Positions 37,438-51,613 of a stretch of 64,000 bases of DNA are shown here, piece by piece. The stretch is from Eledone cirrhosa (taxonomy: Eukaryota), in NCBI GenBank assembly GCA_964016885.1, contig OZ024744.1, forward strand, positions 52,824,001 to 52,888,000, in the 5' to 3' direction. A model generated the notes under the pieces. It searched no databases and was not told where the DNA came from. It saw nothing but the letters and a program-made list of their open reading frames with translations. Made by a program: the position numbers and the translations under genes. The stretch's first letter is position 1, and the number at the start of each line of letters is the position of its first letter.

Positions 37438-37779
37438 ATATTAATTCGTTAACCTCTGTATTAACTCTACAACTATTGAGCTTTGACAGTGGTCCCACTC
37501 ATGTATACTGTTGAAGATGAAGAGAAAGACTGTAAAAACTAGCTTATCTTTATAATTTAAAATTGATACACACTACGATACTTTTTGCCTTATGACAGCT
37601 GGTTTTCACGCCGTAACATTAGATACATTATATACCCCCCACCTAAGTAATGTCAGGGTCTCCTTAAATAGTTTATTGATAGCATTGTTGTAATAATTGT
37701 TGTTGTTATTGTTCTAATTGAATGCCATAACTACTCCATATTTTCTTTTATTTGTTGCCTGTGTATTTTCTTCATTCTC

Positions 37780-37894
37780 GCATGCTCCGAAGATCTGACT
37801 GGTTATAATTCTGTATTGGCGATCGAATGACGCAAAATTAGGCGGATAGCGATCTCTAGACAGACCAGTTCAGTGAAACAAATGTAAGCTATGT
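37780..37894 (+). ncRNA. Hammerhead motif in Penelope pseudo-LTR (CCGAAGA core, extended helix II)
   Basis: gcatgct-CCGAAGA-t-ctgactgg...tctgt...gatcg...cgatc...acaga-ccagttcag-t-GAAAC-aaat-GTA-agc(t)atgt. Confidence 0.65.
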
Positions 37895-38114
37895 GATTAA
37901 AAACTTTTTTGTATAGCAAACCATGTAAACCTTCTTTCCTGATTTATTATTACTCCAAGTGTTTACAACATAGGAATTACGGCATACCCGCAGCATCACT
38001 ATGAAAACGCCTTGTTGAGTCAAACCAAGCCAAGCGTTAATATCATCCACTACCTGGAATACCATAACTGGACTTCACCTAAGTGGACTGCATTTAACTA
38101 TTATTTGTTAATCC

Positions 38115-41072
<2,958 letters not shown>

Positions 41073-41074
41073 TT

Positions 41075-41390
41075 TGTTTCAAAATGGCGTAGGACAGAAG
41101 AAAGGAAAGGCACAGAAACAAAGAAAGGAATCCCCAGTCACTGAAGAGGTCACAGAGTGTGTGACGAAAGGACTATGACTATATATAAACAACTATCTGG
41201 TTGTGGAACCAACCAACCAACCAGAAATTTATAAATTTGTAGATTTATAAATTTATAAATTTATAAATATATAATAAATTGAAGTGAAAGCAACTGGTGC
41301 GTGTGTTTCTTATTGGCAACATGACCCTCCCAAAGTATAACAATATCGGTTTCAACACACGATTTCAGATTAAGAATCTTGCTAAACAAA
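41075..41390 (+). mobile_element. Short hammerhead-bearing element (family of 21248-21637)
   Basis: aaaatggcgtagg start; atgaccctcccaaagtataacaatat...cacacgatttca end. Confidence 0.6.
41136..41180 (+). ncRNA. Minimal type I hammerhead motif
   Basis: agtca-CTGAAGA-g-gtcac-agagtgt-gtgac-GAAAG-ga-CTA-tgact. Confidence 0.68.
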
Positions 41391-41400
41391 TTCAGAAACG

Positions 41401-41450
<50 letters not shown>

Positions 41451-41774
41451 ATGTATGTATATATACAGAGAAAGAGAAAGAGAAAGAGAAAGAGAGAAAA
41501 ATCATCTATATATTTCTTCCTTTCAGTTTGCGAAATGAGAGGATATTTTTTAATACAAAATGTAATACGTTATACATGCATCCATTCATAGATGCTACCA
41601 CACTCCTTGTCCTCCGCCTATAATTTCACTTACACCTCCTCTTCTTCCTTCTATTCATCGTTCTTCTCCTCCTCCTCCTTGACCTCCTACTACTCCCCTT
41701 CCCCATCCACTTCCTTTTCATTATCATCTCCACATGAACCAGCACTCATATCGGTATCATAATCCTCATCATCA

Positions 41775-42750
41775 GGACCACCACCACCACCACCGCCACC
41801 ACCTCCAACACCACCACCAACAACAACAACAACAACAACACCACCACCACCACCACCACCAACAACAACAACACCAACAACACCACCAACAACAACAACA
41901 ACACCACCACCACCACCACCACCAACAACAACAACACCAACAACACCACCAACAACAACAACACCACCACAACTGCCACCTACAACAACAACACCACCAA
42001 CAACAATAACAAAATCACCACCACCACCACAAATACCACCACCACCAACGTCAACAACAACACTACCACCAGCACCACCACTTACACAACCACCACCACA
42101 ATCACCACCACCATTAACACCACTTTCACAATCATCACCAACACCACCATCACTACCATCACCAAAAAAATCACCATCACCACCATCATCACAACCACCA
42201 CCACTACCACCACTACCACCAGCACCACGAACAACAACACTACCGCCACTACCACCACCATCATCACCACCGCCGCCACCATCACCACTACCACCACCAC
42301 CACCACCACCATTACCACCATCACCACTACCACCACCACCACTACCGCCACCACCACTACCACCACCACCACCACCACCACCGCTACCACTACCGCCACT
42401 CCTGTCACCCCCACCCCCACCCCACCAACACCACCACTACCACCAGTACCACCAGTACCACCACTACCACTACCACCATCAGCACTACCACCACCAGCAC
42501 CACCACCAGTACCACAGCCGCCACGACGACGACGACGACGACGACCACCACCACCACCACCACCACAACCACCAGTACCACAACCACCACCACCACCGCC
42601 ATCAACACCACCACCACCACCACCACCACCACCACTACCGTCACCACTACCACCGCAGCCACTACCACCACTACCACTACCACCACCACCACCACCACCA
42701 TCACGACGACCACCGCCACCACCACCACCACTACCTCCACCATTACCAAC
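41775..42750. repeat. Compound (CAC/CAA/TAC)n trinucleotide low-complexity tract
   Basis: Direct reading; shorter similar tract at about 58375-58580. Confidence 0.9.
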
Positions 42751-42836
42751 ATCATATTGTTTTCATATTTTCCTATCTCCTCCACACATATTTTACTATC
42801 TTCAAATTTATTTTTACACTTTTCTGTAACACTAAA

Positions 42837-42904
<68 letters not shown>

Positions 42905-43189
42905 TCTCTATCTCTTTCTTTCTTACCTTCACTCTTTCTTCCTCTGTTACTTCCTTTCGTACTTCCTTTCATTCGTTCTTTTTCTTTCTTGTTTTGACTT
43001 TTCATTTATACATTGACTCATTTATTTACATATATATTATTTTGTCTTCCAAATAAAACGAAAAAAGTATGTTTTTAAAACATCTTTTATGAACATAAAA
43101 ATTGATTTTTAATAAGGTAACTGAAAATATCAAGCAAGAATATTAAGGTTAAAAATAAACGGTGACAACAAATATATCTACATCTATAA

Positions 43190-43857
43190 TAATTATTTCT
43201 ACTTTTGGCACAAGGTCAACAATTCGAAGTTAAGGAGACAGTAGAAAAAATCGATCCCGGTGTGTTACTGGTACTTCATTTTATCGAGCCGGAAAGAATG
43301 AAAGATAAAGCTAACCCTAACCCTAACCTCGGTGGAATTTAAAATCAGAATGTAACGAGCCAAAAGTATATGCCGCAAGGCATGCTGTCCGACGCTCTAC
43401 TGATACTACCAATCCACCACCCTACATCCAAAATGTTGTTTGATTTAGGAACGAAGCCAATAGTTTTTTGGTGACGGGAAAGTCGATTAAATTGACCCTA
43501 GTGAGTAACTAGTGCCTTATTTTATCGATTTCGTAAGGATGAAAAGCAAAGCTAACTTCGGCGGGATTTGAAATCAGAAGGTAAAGAGCCATAACTCTAT
43601 GCTGCAAAGCATGGTGTCTGACGCTCTACGGATAAAGCCAATTTACCACCCTACATCCATAAAAATAATTGTTTCTACTTTTGGCACAAGGCCAGCAATT
43701 ATTCCATGGTATTACTGGTACTTTATTTTATCGACCCCGTAAGGATGAAAGGCAAAGTTATCCTCGGCGGAATTTGAACTCAGACCGTAAATGGCCGTAA
43801 CTCTATGCTGCAAAGCATGGCCTCCGACCCTCCACCGATACTGCCAATCCACCGCCC
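43190..43857 (-). mobile_element. Three tandem near-full-length SINEs
   Basis: Units at about 43190-43425, 43435-43655 and 43665-43857, each ending on plus in ccaat(c/t)(c/t)acc(a/g)ccct. Confidence 0.8.
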
Positions 43858-43879
43858 TTATTACTTCCACAATAATAAT

Positions 43880-44470
43880 GATAAGGATTTTTAAATGTAA
43901 CTATAAATGTTCAACAAGAAGATTCTTCGACGGTGGAGAGGGCCACCGAGTGTAATTCGGGGCAAAACATCTGCATAAATTTGCCAATCGCTCTGTATTG
44001 TCAAAGGAATTGAACACGTCCTTTACCAGTTTATTTTCCACCTATCTTAAAAAAACATGGTAAGACCCATTCTGCCTTGCTACTCTCACACACTTTTCGC
44101 GAAACACTAAAGAACGCAGAACCTCCCTCTTCATCCACTTTTTGCTCTTCATGAGGACTTGGCCTGAAAGGAGAATTCCTGTCTACAAACCTTTAGCTTG
44201 TGCCTACCACACAACTTGTTTTTCTATAGCCTCTTTACAGAAAAAAACAAACAAACTGACTTTCCTTGCCAAGAGTACAAAGCGTTTCACATTTCACTAT
44301 AGATTCAGCTGACTTTTAGCTGTGTCTTACATGTGATAATACATTTTCGGCCTAAGCTCATCAATCTGTAATTCACAATAGCGTGCCAGACGGTTTCATC
44401 TTCCAGCATGTATCTCGGACATGTTTGCCGCTGTTAGAGCCTTCGTGCCTGTAGATCTTGTCTGGGTTAT
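43880..44470 (-). pseudogene. Old, decayed Tx1 ORF2 3' fragment
   Basis: acggtttcatc...ctcggaca (CPR..ETV region) and aagacccattc..cttgctac resemble the younger copies. Confidence 0.5.
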
Positions 44471-44549
44471 GCAATGTTCTTGATTATGTAACATTGCCCT
44501 GTATTTAATATCGGCGGCAACCTGCGGTTAGTGGTAAAACTGATTAGCT

Positions 44550-44817
44550 CAGACGTTCTCAAAGTGGGCGCCACCATCCCCCGGGGTCGTTGAGAAGGTT
44601 TAGGGGTGTTGCGGCCTAAGGGGTGTTAGAGATGATATAATACTATATTAAATATCAAATGATACATATTATATATAAATATAGTAAAATAAAAATATAT
44701 TTATTTATACGTAGTATATATTATATTATTTATTGCATATAAATTAACGATTTTATTTATTGTATATTATTTACAATTTGCATGTAGGCAGTGGCGCAAA
44801 GAGTTTGAGACCCTCTG
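44550..44817. mobile_element. hAT (Charlie-like) MITE
   Basis: Imperfect TIRs cagacgttctcaaa / tttgagaccctctg; 8-bp TSD gattagct (44542-49) / gattaggt (44818-25). Confidence 0.7.
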
Positions 44818-44873
44818 GATTAGGTGAAAAAGAGAATTGTTTTTTTTTTTAGATATAAACATTTACATTCAAA

Positions 44874-44887
44874 TCTCTCTCTCTCTG

Positions 44888-44951
<64 letters not shown>

Positions 44952-45266
44952 TATTGCTTGCTTGTCTGTAATGTAATACAGTCAATAGGGCGCATAATGG
45001 GAAAATACTTTGAAAGGAAGTTGACTCTGAAATGACGATTCAATTGGAATAAAACAAGTTTCGTGTAAAATGGAGCACAGGTTCCCGAGATATGGGGTTT
45101 TTCCGAGTAACTTCATAAACAGAGAGAGAGAAAGATAGAGAGAAAGAGATAGTGGTTGTGAGAGAGTAGATTGAAAGATTCATTATTTAAAAATTATTTT
45201 TAAGTGAACATAATTTAAAAAAATATTTTTAAGTGAACGTGACCTACCGGGTCATGGGTGGTCTAG
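44874..45266 (+). mobile_element. Probable non-autonomous Helitron
   Basis: A|TC...(TA)n-aaaa start; 3' hairpin tgacc-taccg-ggtca, 8 nt, then CTAG|T. Confidence 0.45.
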
Positions 45267-45733
45267 TATATTCTAAAATGAAATGTATATAGATATAGAG
45301 ATATGTACAAACTTTGAATAGAGTTTTAATATTTTTCTTAATAAGAATAGAAAAAATCGTATACAAATCTATTTCAAATAACAACAACACTACAGTCAAA
45401 ATAACTCTGTGAACGTGTGTTCACATTGGTGTATGTAATGAGTATGGTTATTTATTACCAAGTAAGATTTACTAAATACCTATTACAATTGTAATTATTA
45501 TTGTTGCCGTTATTTTACTGTAGACGTTATTCTTGTTAAGTTTGTTGCTGCTAGTGTTGTTAAATATCGTGTTACTCTTGCAGCCATTTTATTAGTTGTA
45601 ATCTTACTGTTATTGTTCTTGCTTGAGTTGAAGCAAGCTATTTTCCTTTCAATACATAAAATTCAGAAAACGTAATCTCACTTATACCCACACTTAACAC
45701 ATCCTATATCTGTCTTTCACTTCAACTCTCTCG

Positions 45734-45839
<106 letters not shown>

Positions 45840-45880
45840 CCCTCTCGCTCTCTTACTCCCCTTCTATCAATTAATCAATC

Positions 45881-46198
45881 ATTTTTCAAATACCACTTTG
45901 GAAGAAGAATCAGGATGGAGAGAGAGGTTCTGCACCCCACGAAGTTTTATGAAAGGTGAGTGAAAGTGGCGAGAATGGCCCGAGTGAATGGGCCTTCTCT
46001 CTATATCAGCCTGTAGGTTGAGGAAAAAGAGAAGGAGAGAAGAGGGCTACTCACTCTTCGTACTCCTGGAGATGAGGGCTGCACATTTTTTTCGGGGGTA
46101 TGTGTTACCCATATGTATTTTACACGTTTTTATTGTATGTAAACTTGCCCTTTGTATTTGTTCCCTTCCTTTGCGCCCCTGTGGCTAATAAAGAAACA

Positions 46199-46199
<1 letters not shown>
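45881..46199 (+). mobile_element. Tx1 3' fragment (copy 1 family), plus orientation
   Basis: Reverse complement of about 595-965; followed by (TATC)n, preceded by degenerate tctatcaattaatcaatc. Confidence 0.85.
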
Positions 46200-46259
<60 letters not shown>

Positions 46260-46567
46260 ATATATCTATCTAACTATTTGCCTGTCTGTCTTTCTGTCTG
46301 TCTCTCTGTCTGTCTTTCTCTCTGTCTATCTATCTTTCTATATATAGTTTTTCTCCCACTTCTAAATAAATAAGCTGAAGTAAGTTAACCTAATATCATA
46401 CTGAGACATTTTAAAATAAAAGGCTATGAAATGGCGGTTAATATAGTCTTATTGGTGTGGCCAAAGTGTGGCCAAATGGAATTCCTACAATGTTTCACAT
46501 ACAATTATTATTATTGTATGTATGTATGTATGTATGTATGTATGTATGTATGTATGTATGTATGTAT

Positions 46568-46928
46568 GAAAACTCTGATAAAACAACTGCAACCCTGATG
46601 GTATCCAATGATGTTGACTTGTTCTTCTTTTTGGTAAATATCATCTTGGTTAAGAGAGTGGGACTGGCTTTGTGCAGTGCCTTTGCTCACTATAAAAGCT
46701 TCACGGCACAGGCATTGCTTTATATCTGGAGATCTCTCTGCACTTGCCGTCACATGGTACCATGGGCCCAGCACAATGTGTCAATAATTGTCACAAGTGT
46801 AGTGTTTGTACCAGAGTTTTCAAGTCGCTGGCTGGACTAAAAAGTCACACTCGTTCAGCGCATCGGTAGGGGTTCTCCAACATGGTTATAAAGTAGTGGC
46901 TGTACTCGAAAACGAGTTGGCAGCCACC

Positions 46929-46930
<2 letters not shown>
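46568..46930 (+). mobile_element. RTE 3' fragment (zinc-finger end plus 3' hairpin) within (TATG)n
   Basis: KCSVCTRVFKSLAGLKSHTRSAHR* at about 46795-46870; gtggctgtactcgaaaacgagttggcagccacc hairpin. Confidence 0.7.
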
Positions 46931-46961
<31 letters not shown>

Positions 46962-47195
46962 TGTATGTATATATGTCGGTTTACTTTTGAGTGCTACTGG
47001 TAACATGTAACCCAGTACAACCTGTCGCATGGTCGGGTCGTCGACGACTAAACCGGCAACCTCAACGAGTTTACTTGGTGAGGAGGGTGATTTTGGACAC
47101 CCTGCAGGACAAAAAACAAAGCCTAACAAAGGGTGGAAGAACTCAGAAGAGTCAACAGCCATCGAAAAGTGTGTAAATATGTATATACACATGTA

Positions 47196-47520
47196 CCGCG
47201 CGGTTAAACCACTGGGAGTGAAGGCCCCCTAGCCCTTGTCAGGGTATTCTTCTAGGAGAAGGCAACTCAGGAAACTGGGATAGCTCCGATATAAAACCTG
47301 CGGCTCAGTAGTTACCGATGATGTTGATCTTCTCTCTTTTCGGGTTATAGCTACTGTCGCTCAGAGAGTGGGATTGGCTCAGTGCACAGTCTTTCATCAC
47401 TTAAAAATAATCTTCATGCACAAGCATTGCACGATAGAATTAATTAATTAATTAACTAATAATTATTAATAATGAAATATCGTACAATGGCCATACTCGA
47501 TAAGGAGGGGACAGCCATCA
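47196..47520 (+). mobile_element. Bipartite non-autonomous RTE derivative (5' module, AT linker, 3' hairpin)
   Basis: 47196-47433 matches the reverse complement of 27738-27980; 47487-47520 matches that of 23830-23863. Confidence 0.78.
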
Positions 47521-47609
47521 TGTATGTATGTGTGCATGTATGCGTGTGTATATGTATTATGTATTTATGTATGCATGTGTGTATATATGTATGCGTGGGT
47601 GTATGTATA

Positions 47610-49478
47610 TTCTTCTGGTTTTATAATTTCACAAAGTTTTTCCCAATAGAGAGAGACTCGGTTTCTAACATAGACACAAGACTCTCTCATTGGAATTTAC
47701 ACGACATCAACTAGGTATATTATGTATGCATGCATGTGTAGATATGGATGTTATTATATGTGTCGATGTTTTGAGTTGTATGTGTGCATGTGTATATGTG
47801 TATATGTGTGCATGTGTATATGTGTATATGTGTGCATGTGTATATGTGTGCATGTGTATATGTGTATATGTGTGCATGTGTATATGTGTATATGTGTGCA
47901 TGTGTATATGTGTGCATGTGTATATGCTTTGCATATACACATACATACATACATGTGTATATGTAGTTATTAGATGCAACATTTTTCGAGTGTTTTACAT
48001 AATTTTACTGTTCCATTAATGGATTGTACTTCTAATTTCCTAACTAGTTGTTTCCTTTCTGTTCCTGTGAAGCCTAGCTTCTCAAGATTTGTATTGAGGC
48101 AGTTACTAACATACCCCAGTGCCCCAATAATCACAGGCATAAATCTGAAGGTGCAATCAGGGTGGAGTATTTGCAGATTTCTCATCAGTTCTGCATAAAT
48201 ATTCTCCTATTCCTTAATCTTTGATATTATATTGGCATCGGCTGGGCAGCTAATTTCCACTACTGTGCATGCTTCTTTTTCCTTGTCCTAAATCATAATA
48301 TCTGTTATGCCTGCATTATATTTGGGTTTTAACTGGAACATTCCACCAGTACTCTTTCATATCATGTACATGGATGTCTTCCACATTGTTGTAGCTTTTA
48401 ATGTGTTTATTATCGAGGCTATTTTTTTCACGAACTGCATTGTACAGTGTTTTGGCCACTACATCATGCCTCATAGGTAGATAGTACCGCGATGACATCT
48501 TTGGACAGCTGCTGATGACATGGGTGATATCCTCGATGTTAGTTCTCTAGAGTCTGCACTTTTTATCACATCTAGGTGTTTTGCCTTCATCCCTATCTCT
48601 TTTGTAAATCATGTATTTCGTGTTAATCCCCTGTTCTTGGATTGCAAAAGCGTATCCTTCAAAGTGGGTGCCAATATAGCGGTTGTTGTTCCAAGTTACA
48701 CTACTTTCCTTATCTATATTACTCTCTCTCTGGAGCTTCCTGGCAACATATCCATGCGGGATCTTTTGCTGATAAACATGCAGTTTTTCATCCATGGATT
48801 CACTGCGATACTGCTGAGCGACTTCCCTGGGTGTGAGCTTTTGATTATCACACAGGGAATATCTCTCGAGGAGTTCCTTCCCAACTCTCATGATCTTATC
48901 TGTTTCATGCAGATAGACTTGCTCGAGAGACGGGCTCCTACGCTTCGAGGTTTGTAGATGTTGTCGGAGAGATATGATGTGACATTCAAATGTTGTCTGG
49001 ACTGAAGTTAGGCCTCTGCCTCCCTGCTTACGTTTCAAGTAAAGGCGGTCTATGTCACTGTTGTTGTGGAAGTTTCCGGTCTTGTTAAGTATTTTTCGAG
49101 TTCCAACTTCAACTGCTCGGATTTCGTCTATCGTCCAATTGAGTATTCCAAACGTTGGTGTTAGGACAGGCACAGCAAAATACGTTGTGAACCACTGTTT
49201 TGCTTTGTGCAGAGAGTTCCGATGACCCGATCTTTCATAATCGGGTGTAATATTCCCTGGTTACGCGTTCTTTATTACAGATACCATTATAGGATATGTT
49301 CTCATCTATCCCCAGGTATCTGTAGCAGTCCTCATCACATATTGGTGAAACAGTTAGGTTATTGATGACAATGTTGCTAGATTGGGTTGTAGTTTTTCCC
49401 CGCTTTACAGTCATGTATGGGCATTTATCTTGGCCAAAGTCCATTCCTATATCCTTTGAGAACGTTGTAACCTGGTCA
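47610..49478 (-). mobile_element. Dong/R4 copy C, 5'-truncated
   Basis: DIGMDFGQDKC, YRYLG, GGRGL, RHD pieces; 3' end in TATG-rich tract. Confidence 0.88.
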
Positions 49479-49670
49479 AGGGCGGTGGATTGGCAGTATC
49501 GGTAGAGGGTCGGACGCTCTGCTTTGACGCATAGAGTTACGGCCCTTGCCATTCTGAGTTCAAATCAAGCCGAGGTTAACTTTGCCTTTCATCCTTACGG
49601 AGTCGATAAAATAAAGTACCAGTAATGCACTGGGTAATTGCTGGCCTTGTGCTAAAAGTAGAAACTATAA
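49479..49670 (+). mobile_element. tRNA-derived SINE at the 5' break of Dong copy C
   Basis: gggcggtggattggcagtatcggtaga head, gagttcaaatc B-box, core domain. Confidence 0.8.
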
Positions 49671-51613
49671 TTTGTTAAAAATACTTCTTAAGTAACAAAT
49701 AATCGGAGGTTTTGAACATCGTTTCAAATCCACGGATGACGAATAAATGAATTTCTATTAAAGAGATGTCTGCATTTTTTCTCCTCCCACAATTTCTCGG
49801 ATTAAGTCTCCCACCCAAGTAAGCTACTGCAGAAGACGACTCAGAGTAGAAAGAGACGGACCAAATACAACAAGTTATCTCAATAGGAGGCATAATTTAA
49901 CGTATACACCTCAGTGGGAGAGAACCCAGAGCGCAGAGAACAGATACGAATACACGTTAAACTGATGCTCTCACGACTATGTCAATAGTACAGTTGATTG
50001 AATCAAGACGGCACATAATGGTACTACGCATCTGGGAGAGTTATTTCATTGTCCCAATGACAACAAGGTGATTACGCAGGTTCTATTAGAAATCCTAATC
50101 AGAAAATAGAAAAAAATGGAACTAAAATGGGACACAGTATTCTACTCCTGATACCCCACTCCCGCCCCCGAAAAATTTACTATTCAACAAAACGCCTTCT
50201 CCATTCTGTCCGCCGGGGCTGTGGGGAGACCAGCACGTGGGACCCCATTTGCTCACCATAGGGAGAGATGGGAAGGGCCAGAGAGATGGAGGCGATGACA
50301 GTGGGAGTTTGCTGTTCTTTCATGTTTTCTTAGGTTACAATTGCATTGTGATAGAAGCTGGAATTGTCACATTCTATCTAACTCAATGATATATTCATCT
50401 GGCTTAAATTATTCTCTACAAGTCCTCCTCTTTCGGAATTGTATCTTTCTTTCTGTTATGATTTCAATATTTCTCCTCACATTCATTTGTTTCCTCTCTT
50501 AATACTTAACAGGCATTCTCTCCCTCCTTCCTCCCTCTTCCTGCTATCAGGAGTGAATCAGCCATTGTTCGTATCGACAAAAAAATTATGAGTAAACTGG
50601 CCCGTGGTTCAGGTGTTCGAGCTGCGATTGTAAGGTAGTAGGTTCGATTTACGGCGACGCAATGTGTCATTGATATACTACTTCATCTTACTCAAGTCCA
50701 CTCATTTGACGGAAATGAGTTGTACCTGTATTTCTCTCTGAGGGTTACGTAAAGTGAACACGCGTTTGTCGAATGCTTATCCACGTTAACTTCACGTGCA
50801 GTCTGTTCCGACATGGAGCCAGAAAAACGAAGTTCCACAATACAAACAACACACGCGATACACACAGATCTTTGGTTGTGTATACGTAGGGCTTGTGGGC
50901 GTTATGCGTTATTCGTGTTATATTCTATATATAGTCGTCATTGTACTCACTGACCATAAAATTAGTGATTTCGACTAGTGATCTAAAAAAACAAAAACAA
51001 AAGAAAAACAGTTAAAACTTACGTGTAAGAGAATCTATAACTATCGATCTGTATTCATATGGAATTTAGTAGACATTTTATACAGACATTATACAGAGAA
51101 TCTATACAACAAAAACCAGAGTTTTGAGGTAATATACCAGTATGCTGGCCAATTCGAAGATTAGTTAAAAACTTGCCGTGGTCAACCTCTACCATTCTGA
51201 AAGCGAGCAATATATTCCAATCTAGTACTGGGAGTTGATTCTCCTTCCCCTACCCTCGCACCTTTTCATCCTTTCCTTCTTTCTTATATTTAATCTGGAA
51301 GAAAACAGCTGTTTCGATCTATTTTGGGTATTAGTTCTACCAAGGTTAAAATACCCAAGAAACGCCACATGTCACAAGGTCAGCTAAACGATTCCATCAG
51401 GAAACAAAAGTTCATCTCAACTCTACTCTGCAACTGACAAATATCTCCACTCTGTTCTGTCACCTGCAGCCCGATCACCAACCTTGTGAGTTTCTTATCA
51501 CCCACCACCATCTTTATCAATTTTTTATCTTGGTCTTCGACTTCCTCTATTTTCTACTATGCTTCTATCATGAGTATCACTTAAAGATAGATAGATAGAT
51601 AGAAAGATAGATA

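Larger units (their letters stand above)
36261..37946. mobile_element. 1.7-kb palindrome made of the Penelope 3' UTR (pseudo-LTR)
   Basis: Arms 36261-37028 and 37182-37946; 37030-37946 is the reverse complement of about 38426-39343. Confidence 0.92.

Noticed and set aside
37516-37556. SECIS-like ATGA-stem-AAAA in the Penelope 3' UTR
   Set aside because: No 3' GA to complete the quartet and no in-frame TGA inside the visible ORF
41734-42932. Poly-His/Gln and poly-Val ORFs
   Set aside because: Translations of trinucleotide repeats with no domain or splice context
43311-43328. Telomere-like (CCCTAA)3
   Set aside because: Local expansion of the SINE's own taacc motif; too short
46976-47110. 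Possible HDV-like fold (ggttta/taaacc, ggcaac plus hairpin)
   Set aside because: No L3 CC or J4/2 catalytic C, and the P1 pairing is not kept in the 33296 copy
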